From positions 131,090 to 195,089 of the forward strand of contig QPMI01000220.1 of the NCBI GenBank assembly GCA_004431415.1: a stretch of 64,000 nt of DNA. Reading direction: 5' to 3'. The stretch is from Cyanophora paradoxa CCMP329. Its lineage: Eukaryota; Plantae; Glaucophyta. Positions 14,210 through 25,427 of this stretch are shown piece after piece. Below the pieces are notes generated by a model. The model was not told where the DNA came from. It did no database searches and worked only from the letters and a program-made list of their open reading frames with translations. Position 1 is the stretch's first letter, and every line of letters begins with the position of its first letter. The position numbers were made by a program, and so were the translations under genes.

Positions 14210-16364
14210 CTAGGCCCCCTTCTCCGTCCGGTTCGTCTTCGAGCCCTTGCTGGGCCGGTCCTTGAAGTGAACGTTCCCCTGCGCATGCGGCCGGCCCCGG
14301 TCTCGAAGGGGGTGCGCCGGCTTCTTTCATGGGGGTACGGACCTCGAGGTCGACGATGATGTCCTTCTGGGGGCCCCCCTTCGACGAGGAGAAGCCTGCG
14401 CGCGGCCCGTGAGCTGGCGTACCCCGGGACGCGGGAGGAAGGGGGCGGGCTGACAGAGGTTCTGCGAGGGGGGTCAGCGGGGGGCGCGCGGGGCGCTCGG
14501 GGGGTACGGGGCACGCGCCTCGACCCAGGCGGTGTTGGCCGTGAGGGAGCGCTCGGCGAGCTTGGTCTTGGTCCTGCGCCCGGGCGTTCGTCGCGTTGGC
14601 CGCGGCCGGCGGGGCCCGGCCGGCGCGCGCACCGGTCCCGCACGATCCCGACGAAGTGCCTGAGGCCGTTGATCTCCACGGGCTGGCTCACGCTGCCGCC
14701 CCGCTCGCCGCCCCGCCGGGGGACCAGGAGGGGCGCGCTCACCTGAGCGCCGCGGGGAACATCGTGCCGTCCGACCGCACGGCCGGCACCTCCCGCCCCA
14801 CGCCGATCACCTGCCGCGCGCGTCGCCGGGGCAGCCCGGCCCGAAGGGAGGGAGGGGGTACGCGTGCACGCCTTCGCTTTGCCAGTCTCGAGGTAGTTGC
14901 GGAGGTACTGGTCGTGGTTCTTCTGGAACTGCGCCCCCCGGGATTCGAACCCAGGCCGGTGCCCGAGCCGGGGCAGGGCGGGGCAGGGGCCAGCAGCACC
15001 TGAGGGGGCATGAGCACTTGGACTTTGCTATTGACGACCTGCGCGGGGGAAGAGCAGCGTGAGGGACCCGGCCGGATCCGAACCCGCCCCGCCGGGCCCC
15101 GAGGCCTCACGTCCGTCGGCTTGTATCCGAACATCGAGCTGGCCTGCCCCCGCCGCTCAGGAGGATGAATATTTGTGGTGGGGGGGTGAAAGGGGGGTAC
15201 CGCCTTGTTGAAGGCGTGGATGATGCCGGTCTCGTCGATGACGATGATCGCCTCCGAGTTCGTATCCAGCAGCGCCGTCCGCCGCATCTCCGACTTCTGC
15301 AGCGCCTGCGGGGGGAGGAGGACTCAGCCGGGGGTACGGGGCCGGGCCAGCTGGAGGGCGAGGGGGCTACCGCCTGGAGCTTGGTGTACTCGTCCGTCTT
15401 GTCGACGATCTTGTCGAAGAAAATGAGGTACATCATGGGGCCCCCCTCGCCGGCCGTCTGCGCCGCCCCGGGTGGGAAGGAGGGGGTGGGGCGGGGGAGA
15501 ACACAGGGGGTACCATCACTTCGAAGAACCGAACGTCGAACGTCGGCCGCGCCGAGTCTGCGAGCCGCCTGAGACGGAGAGGGGAGGCCGGGGGTACAGG
15601 GTCGGGGGGGGGGTACCGGCGCGCTCCTTGAGGATGGCGATGCACTTGAACCTGCGGGGCGCGCTCGGGGGAAGCGGGGCGGGGACGGGTACGGACGCAG
15701 AGCATACGCCGCGAATTCGCGCATGAAGGTGCCCGTTGCGACATTGACCGTCCGCCCGTCGGAAAAGTACGACAGGCTCTCGATCCTGGGCGGGGCGGGG
15801 GCGGAGCGCCTCAGTGCTCAGCGGCGCGACGGCCCGCTTCTGCCGGGGTGGGGCGCACATGTCCCAGAGGGTTCGGGCGGCGTGCTCGTCCTTGTCGGAG
15901 GAGAGCTGGAGCTCGGCGAGGGCGAGCGGGTTCGCCGCCAGAATCTCCCCGCTCTCGTCGCAGAGCCCCACCGCATCGTTCACGAAGCTGTCCACCTGCA
16001 TCCCGCCAAGCTGACAGGTCAGGTCGCCCCGCGGCGCTGGCCCGGGCGTCTATCAAAAGCGGCGGGGTTCGATTGTCTAGAGGGGTCGCGCTGCCGATGA
16101 CCGGAGCGCTCGGCTGGGCGGCAAACGGCCGAAAAACGCAATGACGTCGCGTACGGCCGCCGTCCTTGCAGAACCCAGGCCCCCGACGCCGACGTACGCG
16201 CTAACGCCCGGCAGCGAACGACGTACCATCGCCTGGTGGTCCACAGGCGAGACCGTCTTCTTGATGTTAGCTACAGGCTGCGCCTTCGTCTCCGTGCGAT
16301 CCTCTTCTCCCTCCGGGCTGCCCAGGCTTTGCCTGCTGAGGATCCGGCTGGCCGACGACCCCAT
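14210..16364 (-). CDS. N-myristoylated tandem PAS-domain protein. The second PAS is FixL-like (putative heme/O2 sensor); no output domain is visible.
   Basis: Starts MGSSAS (MGxxxS). PAS1: DSFVNDAVGLCDESGEILAANP. PAS2: ALLDTNSEAIIVIDETGIIHAFNK.ASSMFGYKP...VQVLMPP.FQKNHDQYLRNYLETGKAK.VIGVGREVPAVRSDGTMFPAAL.SVSQP...RHFVGIVRD. A short basic tail leads to TAG at 14210-14212. Confidence 0.8.
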
Positions 16365-16520
16365 GGCTAGAGAACTACTGTCTGTAGAGAACTACTCTCC
16401 AGCCACGCTTGAAGCCACGCCGGACGCCTGCTAGCTGGAGCTCAAAGGCAAGACGCTCGCCGATAGCCGCCGCTTTTTCTTCTTCCGCGGGGTACGGTAC
16501 GCTACCGCTCAGCGATCGAG
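16365..16520. promoter_or_regulatory. Probable compact bidirectional promoter between the PAS gene and the mTERF-like gene
   Basis: Only 156 bp separate the inferred divergent ATGs at 16364 (-) and 16521 (+). Confidence 0.4.
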
Positions 16521-18836
16521 ATGCTCTTCTCCGCCTCGCTCCCAGCCGCGGCGAGCGGGTGCGAGAGCGTCACAGCAGAGCGCTGGGACGTGTCGGTAGC
16601 GGCTCGCAGCGAGCCGACCGATCGGTCGCGGCTGCAGTGCGGCAGGGCGCTTAGCGCTGTTCCAGCAGCGTTGCACATCCTGAGGTCACCCCGCGCGCCG
16701 CCCGGGCCTCTGGCGGATCCTGGCGCGGTGACCGCGGTGGCGCATGCGAGGGGACGGTGCACGAGAGCGCCGGCCTTCGAGCTCGAGCACCGTCGCACAG
16801 CGTTGCGCTGGTCGCCAGCTGCGGCGACAGCAGGCTTTACCATGTCGGAGTTCTTCCGCGGAGCCAGCGGGGCTCCCTGGGCGGGCCACTGGCGAGCTGC
16901 GCGGCAACCGCAACTGGCGACGCTCGCCAGAACGCGTACGTCGCCGCAAAACTGCGCTTTCCGCCCGATCAAGGTCGCGCGCTCAACCCGCGCGATAGAT
17001 CCAGCCGCAAGCGCGCGCGCCTCGAGGACGGCCTCGTCCGAGCCGCCTTCGCCGAAGCGGGCAGCTCCACTGCGATCTCCCAAAAAACCCGCTGCGCGTG
17101 TGACGGTGGCCCGCCGAAAGGTGGCCCTCAGCGCGCTCCTCGCCGGCGTCGCCCGCGCTCACGCGCCGGCGGCGGCAGGCGGAGTCGAAGGCTGAGTTCG
17201 ACGGGGAGGCGGCGCGGCGCTTCCTGGCGGAGCGGTGCGAGCTGGACGAGGCCCAGATCGCGCGGCTCCTGGCGAAGAAGCCGCGGCTCCTCGACTTCGA
17301 GCCGCGGGCCGCGGGGCACGTCGTCGGCGCGCTCGAGGCCATCGCGGCGGGGGAGGAGGCGGCGGGCGAGGGGCCCGAGGGGGCGGCGCTGAAGGGCGAC
17401 GAGGCGGGCCCGACGGGCGCGGCGCGGGCGGCGCTGGCGAGGGCCGAGGCGGCGAAGCGGGGCCGCCGGCTGCGCGTCTACGCCGAGGCGGGCCTCGTGC
17501 GCATGCCGCCGGCGGAGCTGGAGGCGCGGCTCGCAGCGTGGCGGGAGGCCGTCGGGGCGCCGGCCGTGCGCGCCATCGTCCGCAAGCACCCGGCGCTCCT
17601 GGGGCGCCTGGGCGAGGAGGGCATCCGGGGGGCCGTGGAGCGGGCGGCGGCGGCGGGGTTCACGCCGGAGCAGCTGGCGGAGATCACGCGGGCGAACCCG
17701 AACGCGCTGAACGTCGTCGCGAGCATGCGCCAGCGCGTCGAGCGCGTCGCCGCCGCCCTCGGGCTCGCCGAGGCAGAGGCACGCCCCGCCCCGCCCCGCC
17801 CCGCCGGCTCCGCCCCAGCTGCCCTGCCTGACCCCCCTCCCCTCGGGTCCCTAGGTGCGCGCCGCGGCCGCGAAGAAGCCGTACCCCCTCGGGAGCGCCG
17901 CCGGCACGCTGGACGAGAAGATGGCCCTCCTGGAGTCGTGGGGTGCGCCGTGCCCCCCCCCCCCCCCCCCCCCCCCCCCTCCCCCTCCACCGCCGCCGCC
18001 GACGGGGCGGCCGGGGCAGGGCTGGACGCGGGGGAGCGGGCGGCGCTGGCGGGGGCGGGCGGCCTGAGCGGGACGGCGCCCGAGATGCAGGCGACGTACG
18101 AGCTGCTGCGGGACCAGATCTTCGGGGGCGACGCGGCGCGGGCGCTGCGGACCCTCACGGGGGACCCCACTCTGCTCAACTTCAGAGCGGCGTCGGTCGA
18201 GGAGCGGGCGCGGGGCCTCGCGGAGGCGCTTGGGGGCCCCGGGGCGCCCCTATCGACCCTCGCCGACCTCGTGTGCGGCTCGACGCTCCTCCACCGCCGC
18301 CCCGAGGTCATGGCCGCCCGCGTCCAGGGTACGAGCGCCGGCGCCTCCCTCCGCGTTGGGCCGTACCCCCGCTCACCGCGCCGCCGCCGCCGCCGGCAGG
18401 GCTGCGTGCGATGGGGGTGAGCGCGCGGGAGATCGGGCGGGAGCGGGCGCTCTTCTCGAGCAGCTGGGAGGCGCGCGTGGTGCCCCGGCTGGTGGCCCGG
18501 CGGCTGCTGGGCCTCGAGGGCCGCTTCAAGAGCGCCTCGAGCCTCGTGAAGAAGCACTCCGACGAGGCCTTCGCGGAGCGCGTCCTCGGCCTCCCGCACG
18601 CCGCCTGGCGCCGCCTCGCCGCCTCCTGCGGCTTCCTCCTGCGCGCCGGCGTCCCCGCCCCCGCGCTGTACGGCCTGCCCCTCGCCGCCCTCGACGCCGG
18701 GCCCGAGGCGCTGGCCGGGGAGCTCGATGCTTTCCGCGCCGCCGGCGGCTCCGAGGGCGCCGCCTTCGCCGCCCGCCTCGCCGACCGCTACCGGGCGCCT
18801 GCAGCTGCGCAGCCCAGGCCCCCGGACGCCGAATAG
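16521..18836 (+). CDS. mTERF-like repeat protein, probably plastid-targeted (multi-exon)
   Basis: MLFSASLP start (Phe3). mTERF-style repeats: LDEAQIARLLAKKPRLLDF, VRAIVRKHPALLG, GFTPEQLAEITRANPNAL, LDEKMALLES, LFSSSWEARVVPRL, SLVKKHSDEAFAERV. Confidence 0.65.
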
Positions 18837-19228
18837 CGCTAGCTGTACCATTGTTATGTCGAGATTATTGTTGCATGGTCCTGCAGCCGCGCGATTGGCT
18901 CTGCTGGTAGCTTACGATGCATTTCGAATTTCTTGCCACTCGCAATGGCAGTCGAATATTAATATCCGTACCGGTTCTAATATCCTTGAAATCCATAATA
19001 TGCCATGGCCACTCTCTATATCTACTTGACTAAAATCTGCTGGCATATCTACATGTAACTAAGCCTAGAATGCGAGCGCCCCGGGGCGGGAGCAAGGTAC
19101 AAGCCCCGTATACGTGGAAAGACATACGCATGCGTAGAAACTGCAAATAAAGATCCCGCGAAGGCGTGCTGATCGAACGAGGGGAAAGGTCCGGGCTAGT
19201 AGGCTGGGGGGCCGCGGGGGCCGCCGGG

Positions 19229-21692
19229 CTAGACGGAATCGAGGGAGAGGCTGGCCCCCCGGGGCCGGCCCTCCCCCTCGCCTCTCGGCGGCTCCCCCGA
19301 GGTCCGCCCGACCGCCCCGGGCGGGCCGTTGGGCGCCGCCGGGGGCACGGGCGGCGTGGCCGAGATCGAGGGGCGCGAGCCGCTGCGCCGCGCGCGGCGG
19401 TGGGCGTGCGAGGGCGGCTGCGACCCCCGGCGGAAGCCTCGGACGCGATGGCGCCGGCGGCGCTGGAGGCGCCGGCGGAGGCGGAGGGGGCGGAGGGCCG
19501 GGGGCGCGCGCGAGGGCGGCGCCCTCGGAGCGGGAGCGGGCAGGGGGGCGCGCGGGGCGGGCGCGGCGGCGTCGTCCTCGTCGACGGCGTCGACGACGGC
19601 GGCGAGCATGGGGAGGGGCCGCATGGGGCGGGAGTGCGCGAGCGCGCCGGCCGCGATCTGGTGCGGCTCGGGGGTACCCGCGATGCCGAGCACGGCCCCC
19701 GAGATGGCGGCGCGCTCGTAGGGGCCCAGCACGAGCCCCGGCGGCTCCTCCTCGTCCCGCAGCACCGGGGGGAAGTACTCCAGCGGCGTCCGCTCCCCGC
19801 TTGGCGGCCCCTCCTCCGGCTCCGCGGGGGCCACCCGCGCCCCGTGCGGCGCGTCCACCTGCCGGGCCGGCCCGGCTGAGGAAGAGGGGCGGGGGCGGGG
19901 CGGGGGCGGGGCGGGGCGGGGCGGGGCGGGCCTTGGCCATGGCGACGTTGGGGACGAGCTTGCCGTGCTCGTCGAGGGTCGGCGGGTTCTGGACGACCAC
20001 CATCGGCGTCGCCGCCGGCGCCTCCGCCCCCGCCCGCAGCGGCACCGCCGGCAGCGGCTCGCCCGCCCACGACCGCAGGTCCGGACCCCCCAGCTGCGTC
20101 TCCTCCAGGTGGCTCGGCCACCCCTGTCGCGCCTGCGCCCGGCGTGGACGCGCGCCCGGGGGTACGCGGCGCCCCGGCACGGGGGGTACGGACCAGCTCG
20201 CGGGCTTGCGCCTCCGCGTCGGCGCTCACGGCCGCCACGGGTACCGACGTAAGGAACGGGTTCCGCCTGCGGAAGCGGAAGGTCCACCTGCGGCCACCGG
20301 TTCGAATGCCGCCGGGACCCCTTTCCGAAGGGAGAAGGGCCGCGTACCCGAGGAAGGTGTACATGAGGAGGTCGAGGATCTCACGGAGGAGCATGTTGAC
20401 CCACTGCATGTTCAGCAGCAGCGCCACCACCACTTGGAGCTGCGCGCCGGTGGGGGGAGGAGGGAGCTAAGCAAGGCGAGGCGGGGCGGAGGGAAAGGAC
20501 AGGGAAGGAGGGACCATCATGTTGCAGAAGACGTAGGTGGTCATGATGGTCTGGAGTGCACGGAACATGCGGAACTTGCCGTACGCAGGCGTCGTCAGCG
20601 GGTCGATCTGGTGCTGCCGGATGAGCAGCAGCTGCGCCTGCGCCCCCGAGCCCCCGTTCGACCCCGGCAAGGACGGAGGGGGGGGAAGGAGGGGAGGAAA
20701 AGAAGGTACCTTGAGGGCGCGCAGGTTGACAGAGAGGTTCGAGAAGATGGAGCCGAGGAGGACTGCGGGGACAGGGGAAAGGCGCCGTCAGCGCCGACAG
20801 AGGGCGCGGGAAAGGAGCCGAAAGGAAGCCCGCACTGAAATAAACCACAATAAGACCGAACTGAGGGGTGGGGGCACGTCAGGGCGGCGGGGAGGGTGCC
20901 GGCGGGGCGGGGGCGGCGCAGCGCACAGCGAAGAGCTGGTTAAGGACGTAGTAGGCAAGGAGCGACAATCCGAGGAGAAGGACGATGATCTTTATGTGCC
21001 TGTGCTCCTCCATCGCCAGGTTCGCGCGCGTCACGCACCACCTGCGTGGGGCGCTTGCGCGTGGGCGGCGAAGCGGCCGCGGGGACGGGCGGCAGACCCT
21101 TTGCTGATGAGGAGGAGGACCGTAAACTGGGAGCATTCGTAAAGGACCCACACGGTGACGTAGAGCCCGAAGAGGGGCAGCTCGCACTCGCCGGAGCCTG
21201 CGCGGCAGCCACCGGTCGCGCCTGCGCGGTGCGGGCCGGCTGAGATGCATTCGCAGCGCACCGGAGCCGATGCAGGAGCGGAAGAAGGTAACCGTGACCG
21301 CCCCCAGCACCGTTTTCATCGCAGGAACGACCGTCATTGCGCGTTGGAGCACAACGTTGTGCCGCCTCCTGAACCGGTACCAGGAGAAGATCCAGAGCAG
21401 CGCATAAAGGATCCAAACACCAACAACTGCACGCGGCGAGGGGCAGCGGTCACCCGCGAGGAAAAGGCATGGGGCTCGAGCTCCGACGGCCAAGGGATCA
21501 TATGCTGGGGTTGAGCAGCGGGCCGCACCTGCGCCGTAGAGCGCCGGAACCGGGGCGTAGTAAGGGAGCTCATCGGGGTTGAGAGCTGCGTGGCGGGCGG
21601 GCGTCAGGGGCAGCGCGTGCCGCAGACGGCTGCGCGGCGGGGCGGGGATGCTGACAGATCCTGTTGTTTCCTTTCGTCGTTGCGGCCGACAT
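19229..21692 (-). CDS. GOST / Lung-7TM (GPR107/TMEM87-like) seven-transmembrane protein (multi-exon)
   Basis: Spliced start MSAATTKGNNRISLNPDELPYYAPVP. About 7 hydrophobic segments, with family-like motifs LLLISKGWCVTRANL, YGKFRMFRALQ and LGWTFRFRRRNPF. Pro-rich cytosolic tail. Confidence 0.7.
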
Positions 21693-22239
21693 TCTCGATC
21701 CTCCAAGGCCCCCTTAAGGGAGCTAAGCCTCGAACCCAACAACGGAGCTATACCATAATCGCCGTGCTCAGAAGAACCAGAGCCAGCGGCGCAGATCGCT
21801 TTGGCTGCGCGTTGATCGCACTAGCTGAGAGATGCGGTGCTCTTCACATGCGCGTACCCCCCGAACAAGCTGAGCCTCAGCCCTGCTGAGGCTGCTGAGC
21901 CTGCCGAGGCTGAGCCTGCTAGGATCGTGATAGGCTTCCGAAGTTTGACTCGGCAAATTCGCGACGGCAATGTTGGAAGCGGCCGTGGCCTTCGAATTCG
22001 GGGGAGCGGCCGCGGCCGCGGCCGTGGCACTCGACCGAAGGTTGACTCAAGCGGCCGTGGCAGGTGCATTGCCGCCCTGCCCGGGCCAATTCGTCATGCT
22101 CCCATACTGACCTAGTTGGTCGCGCAGGCCTAGCTATAGGGGGCAATCGATATCGCGAGGCCTAGGGGCCCCGGGGGGCGCGCCGAGGCCGTCCCCCCGC
22201 GGAGGCGGCCGGCGTCCCCTGCGAACCTTTCAGAAGACG

Positions 22240-23552
22240 ATGCAGAGCCTCGAAATGCTAAAAAGCCGGCCGGAGCGTCAAGCGCACCAGCAGTCCCGCA
22301 GCCCGCGCGCAGCAGCAGTACTAGTACTAGTACTAGTCGACGTCCCGGCGCCCGCAGCAGCAGTCCCGGCGTACATAATCGATTTTTCAGAACCCGATGC
22401 AGAGCCTCCATTAATATTTGCTGAGCCAGCCCGCAGTCGGCCTTCGAAAAAGCCGGCCGGGGCGTCAAGCTCAATTAATATTGCAAGCGCACCCGCAGCA
22501 GCCGCGTCGTCAAGCGCAGCGCCACCAGCCTCGCGCGCACAGGACTTGAGTGACGGTATGTTTGTTTCAAGGGGATCGGTTCCGATGCAAGCGGCGCCGG
22601 CAGCCGCCTCGTCGGCGCCGGCCTCGTCGTCGAGCACGCCGCCTGCTGCAGCTGCAGCGCCATTGGCCATGGGTGCGCCAGCGGCAGCTCTTCACCTCGC
22701 AGCCGACCAGGCCTGTTCCACCGCCGGCCCCGGCGGGGGCCGCTGCGGCATCGTCGGCTGCTGAAGGACGCTTTTCGCGGATACGGGCCCGCCACGACCA
22801 CGGTCTCAGGGGGTCTTGCGGCGGGGGTCCCGCCCCGCACGCTCTGTCGCTGGACGCGTCCCTCTCGACGCTGGACCGGCTGAGGGCCGACCTGGCAGCC
22901 CTGAACGAGCAGCAGCGCGGCGCATCGCATGCGCAGGCCGCCCAGGCTGATCATGACGTGCGCGCCTTGTTGCACTCCGGATCCCGCTGCCGTGGACTGT
23001 TGCAATTGATCATGAGCTGACGATGCCGGCAGCGGGAGCGGGCGGCGGCGGCGGGGCAGCGCGCGTCGGAGCTGGAGGCGGCGCTGCAGGTGGAGCGGGC
23101 GGCGCTGCGGGAGGCCCGCGAGCAGCTGGGGAGGGCGCGCGAGGAGGGGCGGCGGGCCGAGGCGCAGGCGCAGCAGGAGCGCGCGGCGCGGGAGGCGGCC
23201 GAGGGGAGGCTGCCGGAGGTGGTCGCGAGGCTGCCCGAGGCGTGGCGAGGCTGCTCCAGCTCCAGCTCCAGCAGCGGCTCCTGGCCACGCTCGGCGTCGT
23301 CTCGGCGGCCCAGGCGGATCGGAGGCGCGGCGGCGGGAGCGGGAGGAGCGGGAGTGCACGGTGTGCCTGGAGCGGCCGCGGTCGGTGGTGTTCATGCCGT
23401 GCCGGCACAAGGCGGTGTGCGACGGGTGCTTCGGGGGCCTGCGGGAGTGCCCCGTCTGCGGCGCGATGTCGACTGCGGACGTCGACCCCGGGCTCAGAGC
23501 CCCCCCCCCCCCCCCCCCCCCAAAAAAAGCACCCGGCTCCACCCGGTTATAA
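22240..23552 (+). pseudogene. Coiled-coil plus C-terminal C3HC4 RING (IAP/LOG2-type) E3 ligase-like gene with several frameshifts (pseudogene or consensus indel errors)
   Basis: ECTVCLERPRSVVFMPCRHKAVCDGCFGGLRECPVC at about 23352-23460, preceded by an E/R/A-rich coiled coil. The reading frame jumps near 22720, 23240 and 23335 without intron signals. Confidence 0.6.
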
Positions 23553-23908
23553 CTAGTACTGGTTGCACCGCAGCACCGCCCCTAGCACCAGCGCTAGCTG
23601 CGTGCAGGCTCCTCCGCTCGACTCCGATTCGCTCAACTCGGCAACCGCGATTTTTAAACAGCCGCTTAGTACTAGTTGCAGCCCACCGTACCGCCGTAAA
23701 GAATTCGAAGGTGATATCGATCGGAGCGGCGTGCGCACGTGCGATTAAATATTGCCGCACTGCATGCCCGGCCCGGGCCCGCGCCAATGGTCGTGCCCGC
23801 GTGGAAGCGGCGTGCGCTTTCGTTTATCACTGCGGAGAACCACGGGCCATACATATATATATATATATATACGTATACAGCCAACGCGATCCTGATCTGG
23901 AGTGCTCT

Positions 23909-24688
23909 CTACGACGCGTACGCGTCGTAGGCCTCGGCGTCGGCGAAGGCGGCGGCGTCGGCAGCGAGCCCCAGGCCCGGCTCCAAGACTTCGAGGTACC
24001 GGTCCTCGTCGGCAGCTGCAGCAAGCCCCGCCTCCAAGACGTCGTCCTCGCCGTCAGACGCGATGGGTGCGTCATATGGCACAAACTCCGGATCCAGCGC
24101 CCCTGCGGCGATTTAGCAACGGCGCCGTCGTACGTTTATATTTATACGCGAAGCGGGCTGACATTTATTTAATTTGTAGTGCGGCGTCCTTTTAAAACCG
24201 TCCACGAACTGCCGCTTGCAGAATAAGACCGATCGCAAATGCGACGCAATAGCAACTAGCTATACATCCGCCGCAGCTGCTCGCGATCGGCGTCTGTCGG
24301 CGTCTGTCTGACGCACTTTAAACCTGGGCGAATTCCAGAGTAGTGGGCTGGTGACTCTAATCCTCCAATTCGGATGATCCTCCTTCCTGACGTCAAATTG
24401 ACCGAGCACTGCGCAGATTCCGAGTTCATGATCATGATGATCAGAGCGCGGTCCGCAGCAAGGGCGGCGCCGGCGACGCTTTTAAAGGCTTACGCGTATC
24501 CCAGTTCGTTTCGATGTAATCGTCGATCATATACTGCGAATGCGGTCATCCGCGTCCGCGTTTGTAATGTGCGGCCGAGCATTCGCAAGCACCTTCCTCA
24601 CGCCCTCGCCGTAGTCGAAATTCTTGATCGCATCCATGATCGCATGGATCCAATGATCTTTTCCGAAGGCAAAGATCGGCTGTGACAT
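23909..24688 (-). CDS. Small (about 155 aa) winged-helix-like protein with an acidic tail; 5 exons; not in the ORF track
   Basis: Exons 24688-24593, 24533-24494, 24408-24317, 24208-24163 and 24102-23909 are joined by four phase-compatible GT-AG introns. Product: MSQPIFAFGKDHWIHAIMDAIKNFDYGEGVRKYMIDDYIETNWDTLLGQFDVRKEDHPNWRIRVTSPLLWNSPRFKFVDGFKRTPHYKLNKWALDPEFVPYDAPIASDGEDDVLEAG...YDAYAS*. Confidence 0.7.
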
Positions 24689-24845
24689 CGCGAGGCCGGT
24701 GCCTATTAGAATTCTGCAGTTACTCGAGCTCTGCGAACTGTCGCAAACGTGTACGCGCTATACGTATTGCTTCAGCGGTTAGCGCTACGTATACGAGCTA
24801 GCTAGCAGCTTGCAGGCTAGCGCCTAGTAGCCTAGTAGTAGCTGC

Positions 24846-25427
24846 TTGCGTTTCGCCCCTCCTCTTATACTGCCGATTCCGAGTCTGCACCCGAGCTCTG
24901 CCCCTTTCCTCGTGTCGTCCCCAGTTCCTCAGATTAGTCTTCAGCCGTCCATTGTTTTACCAACTCTACAATCTCGATTCCGTTTAGACACTCCGCCAGC
25001 TTCGACTTTCCCCTCTAGTGGTGTCCTACGTTTCGCCTCTCCTACTGTTCTACCGCCTTTGCCTCCTGCGACTACGTCTTCTAGTTCTGCTGTTAGCTCT
25101 GTCTTGTCGTCTTCGTCTAGATCTTCGTCTTCGACTGTAGTTCCTCGTGCTCGTTCTCCTTATTTGCTGCGTCCCCGTGCTCCTCGTCGTTCTAGTGTGA
25201 CTAGTACTTCTGCATCGACGCCCTTGAGCTCTTCTACTCCTTCTCTTCGTGCTCGTTCTCCTTATCTTTTGCGTTCTTCTGATCGTGTCCCTTCTCGTGA
25301 TCCCTCTTGATTCTGTATATATTTTGTGCTAGTTTACTGTATCTTTGATTTGTGATTGCTTTGTTGTCTTTAATATCACTACCTACGGGGGGTTCGCCCC
25401 ACCGTAGTCTCTCAAAAAAAAAAAAAA
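24846..25427 (+). mobile_element. 5'-truncated non-LTR retrotransposon (LINE) 3' end, copy 1
   Basis: Ends CTACGGGGGGTTCGCCCCACCGTAGTCTCTC followed by A14. 13-bp TSD TAGTAGTAGCTGC at 24833-24845 and 25428-25440. Near-identical to the copy at 32645-33510. Confidence 0.85.

Noticed and set aside
22162-22200. CTAGGGGCCCCGG... as an inverted partner of the 41608 end (a 19-kb element), or as a second Helitron 3' end
   Set aside because: The match is short and GC-rich, there is no TSD, CTAG is followed by G rather than T on the minus strand, and no matching 5' end was found.
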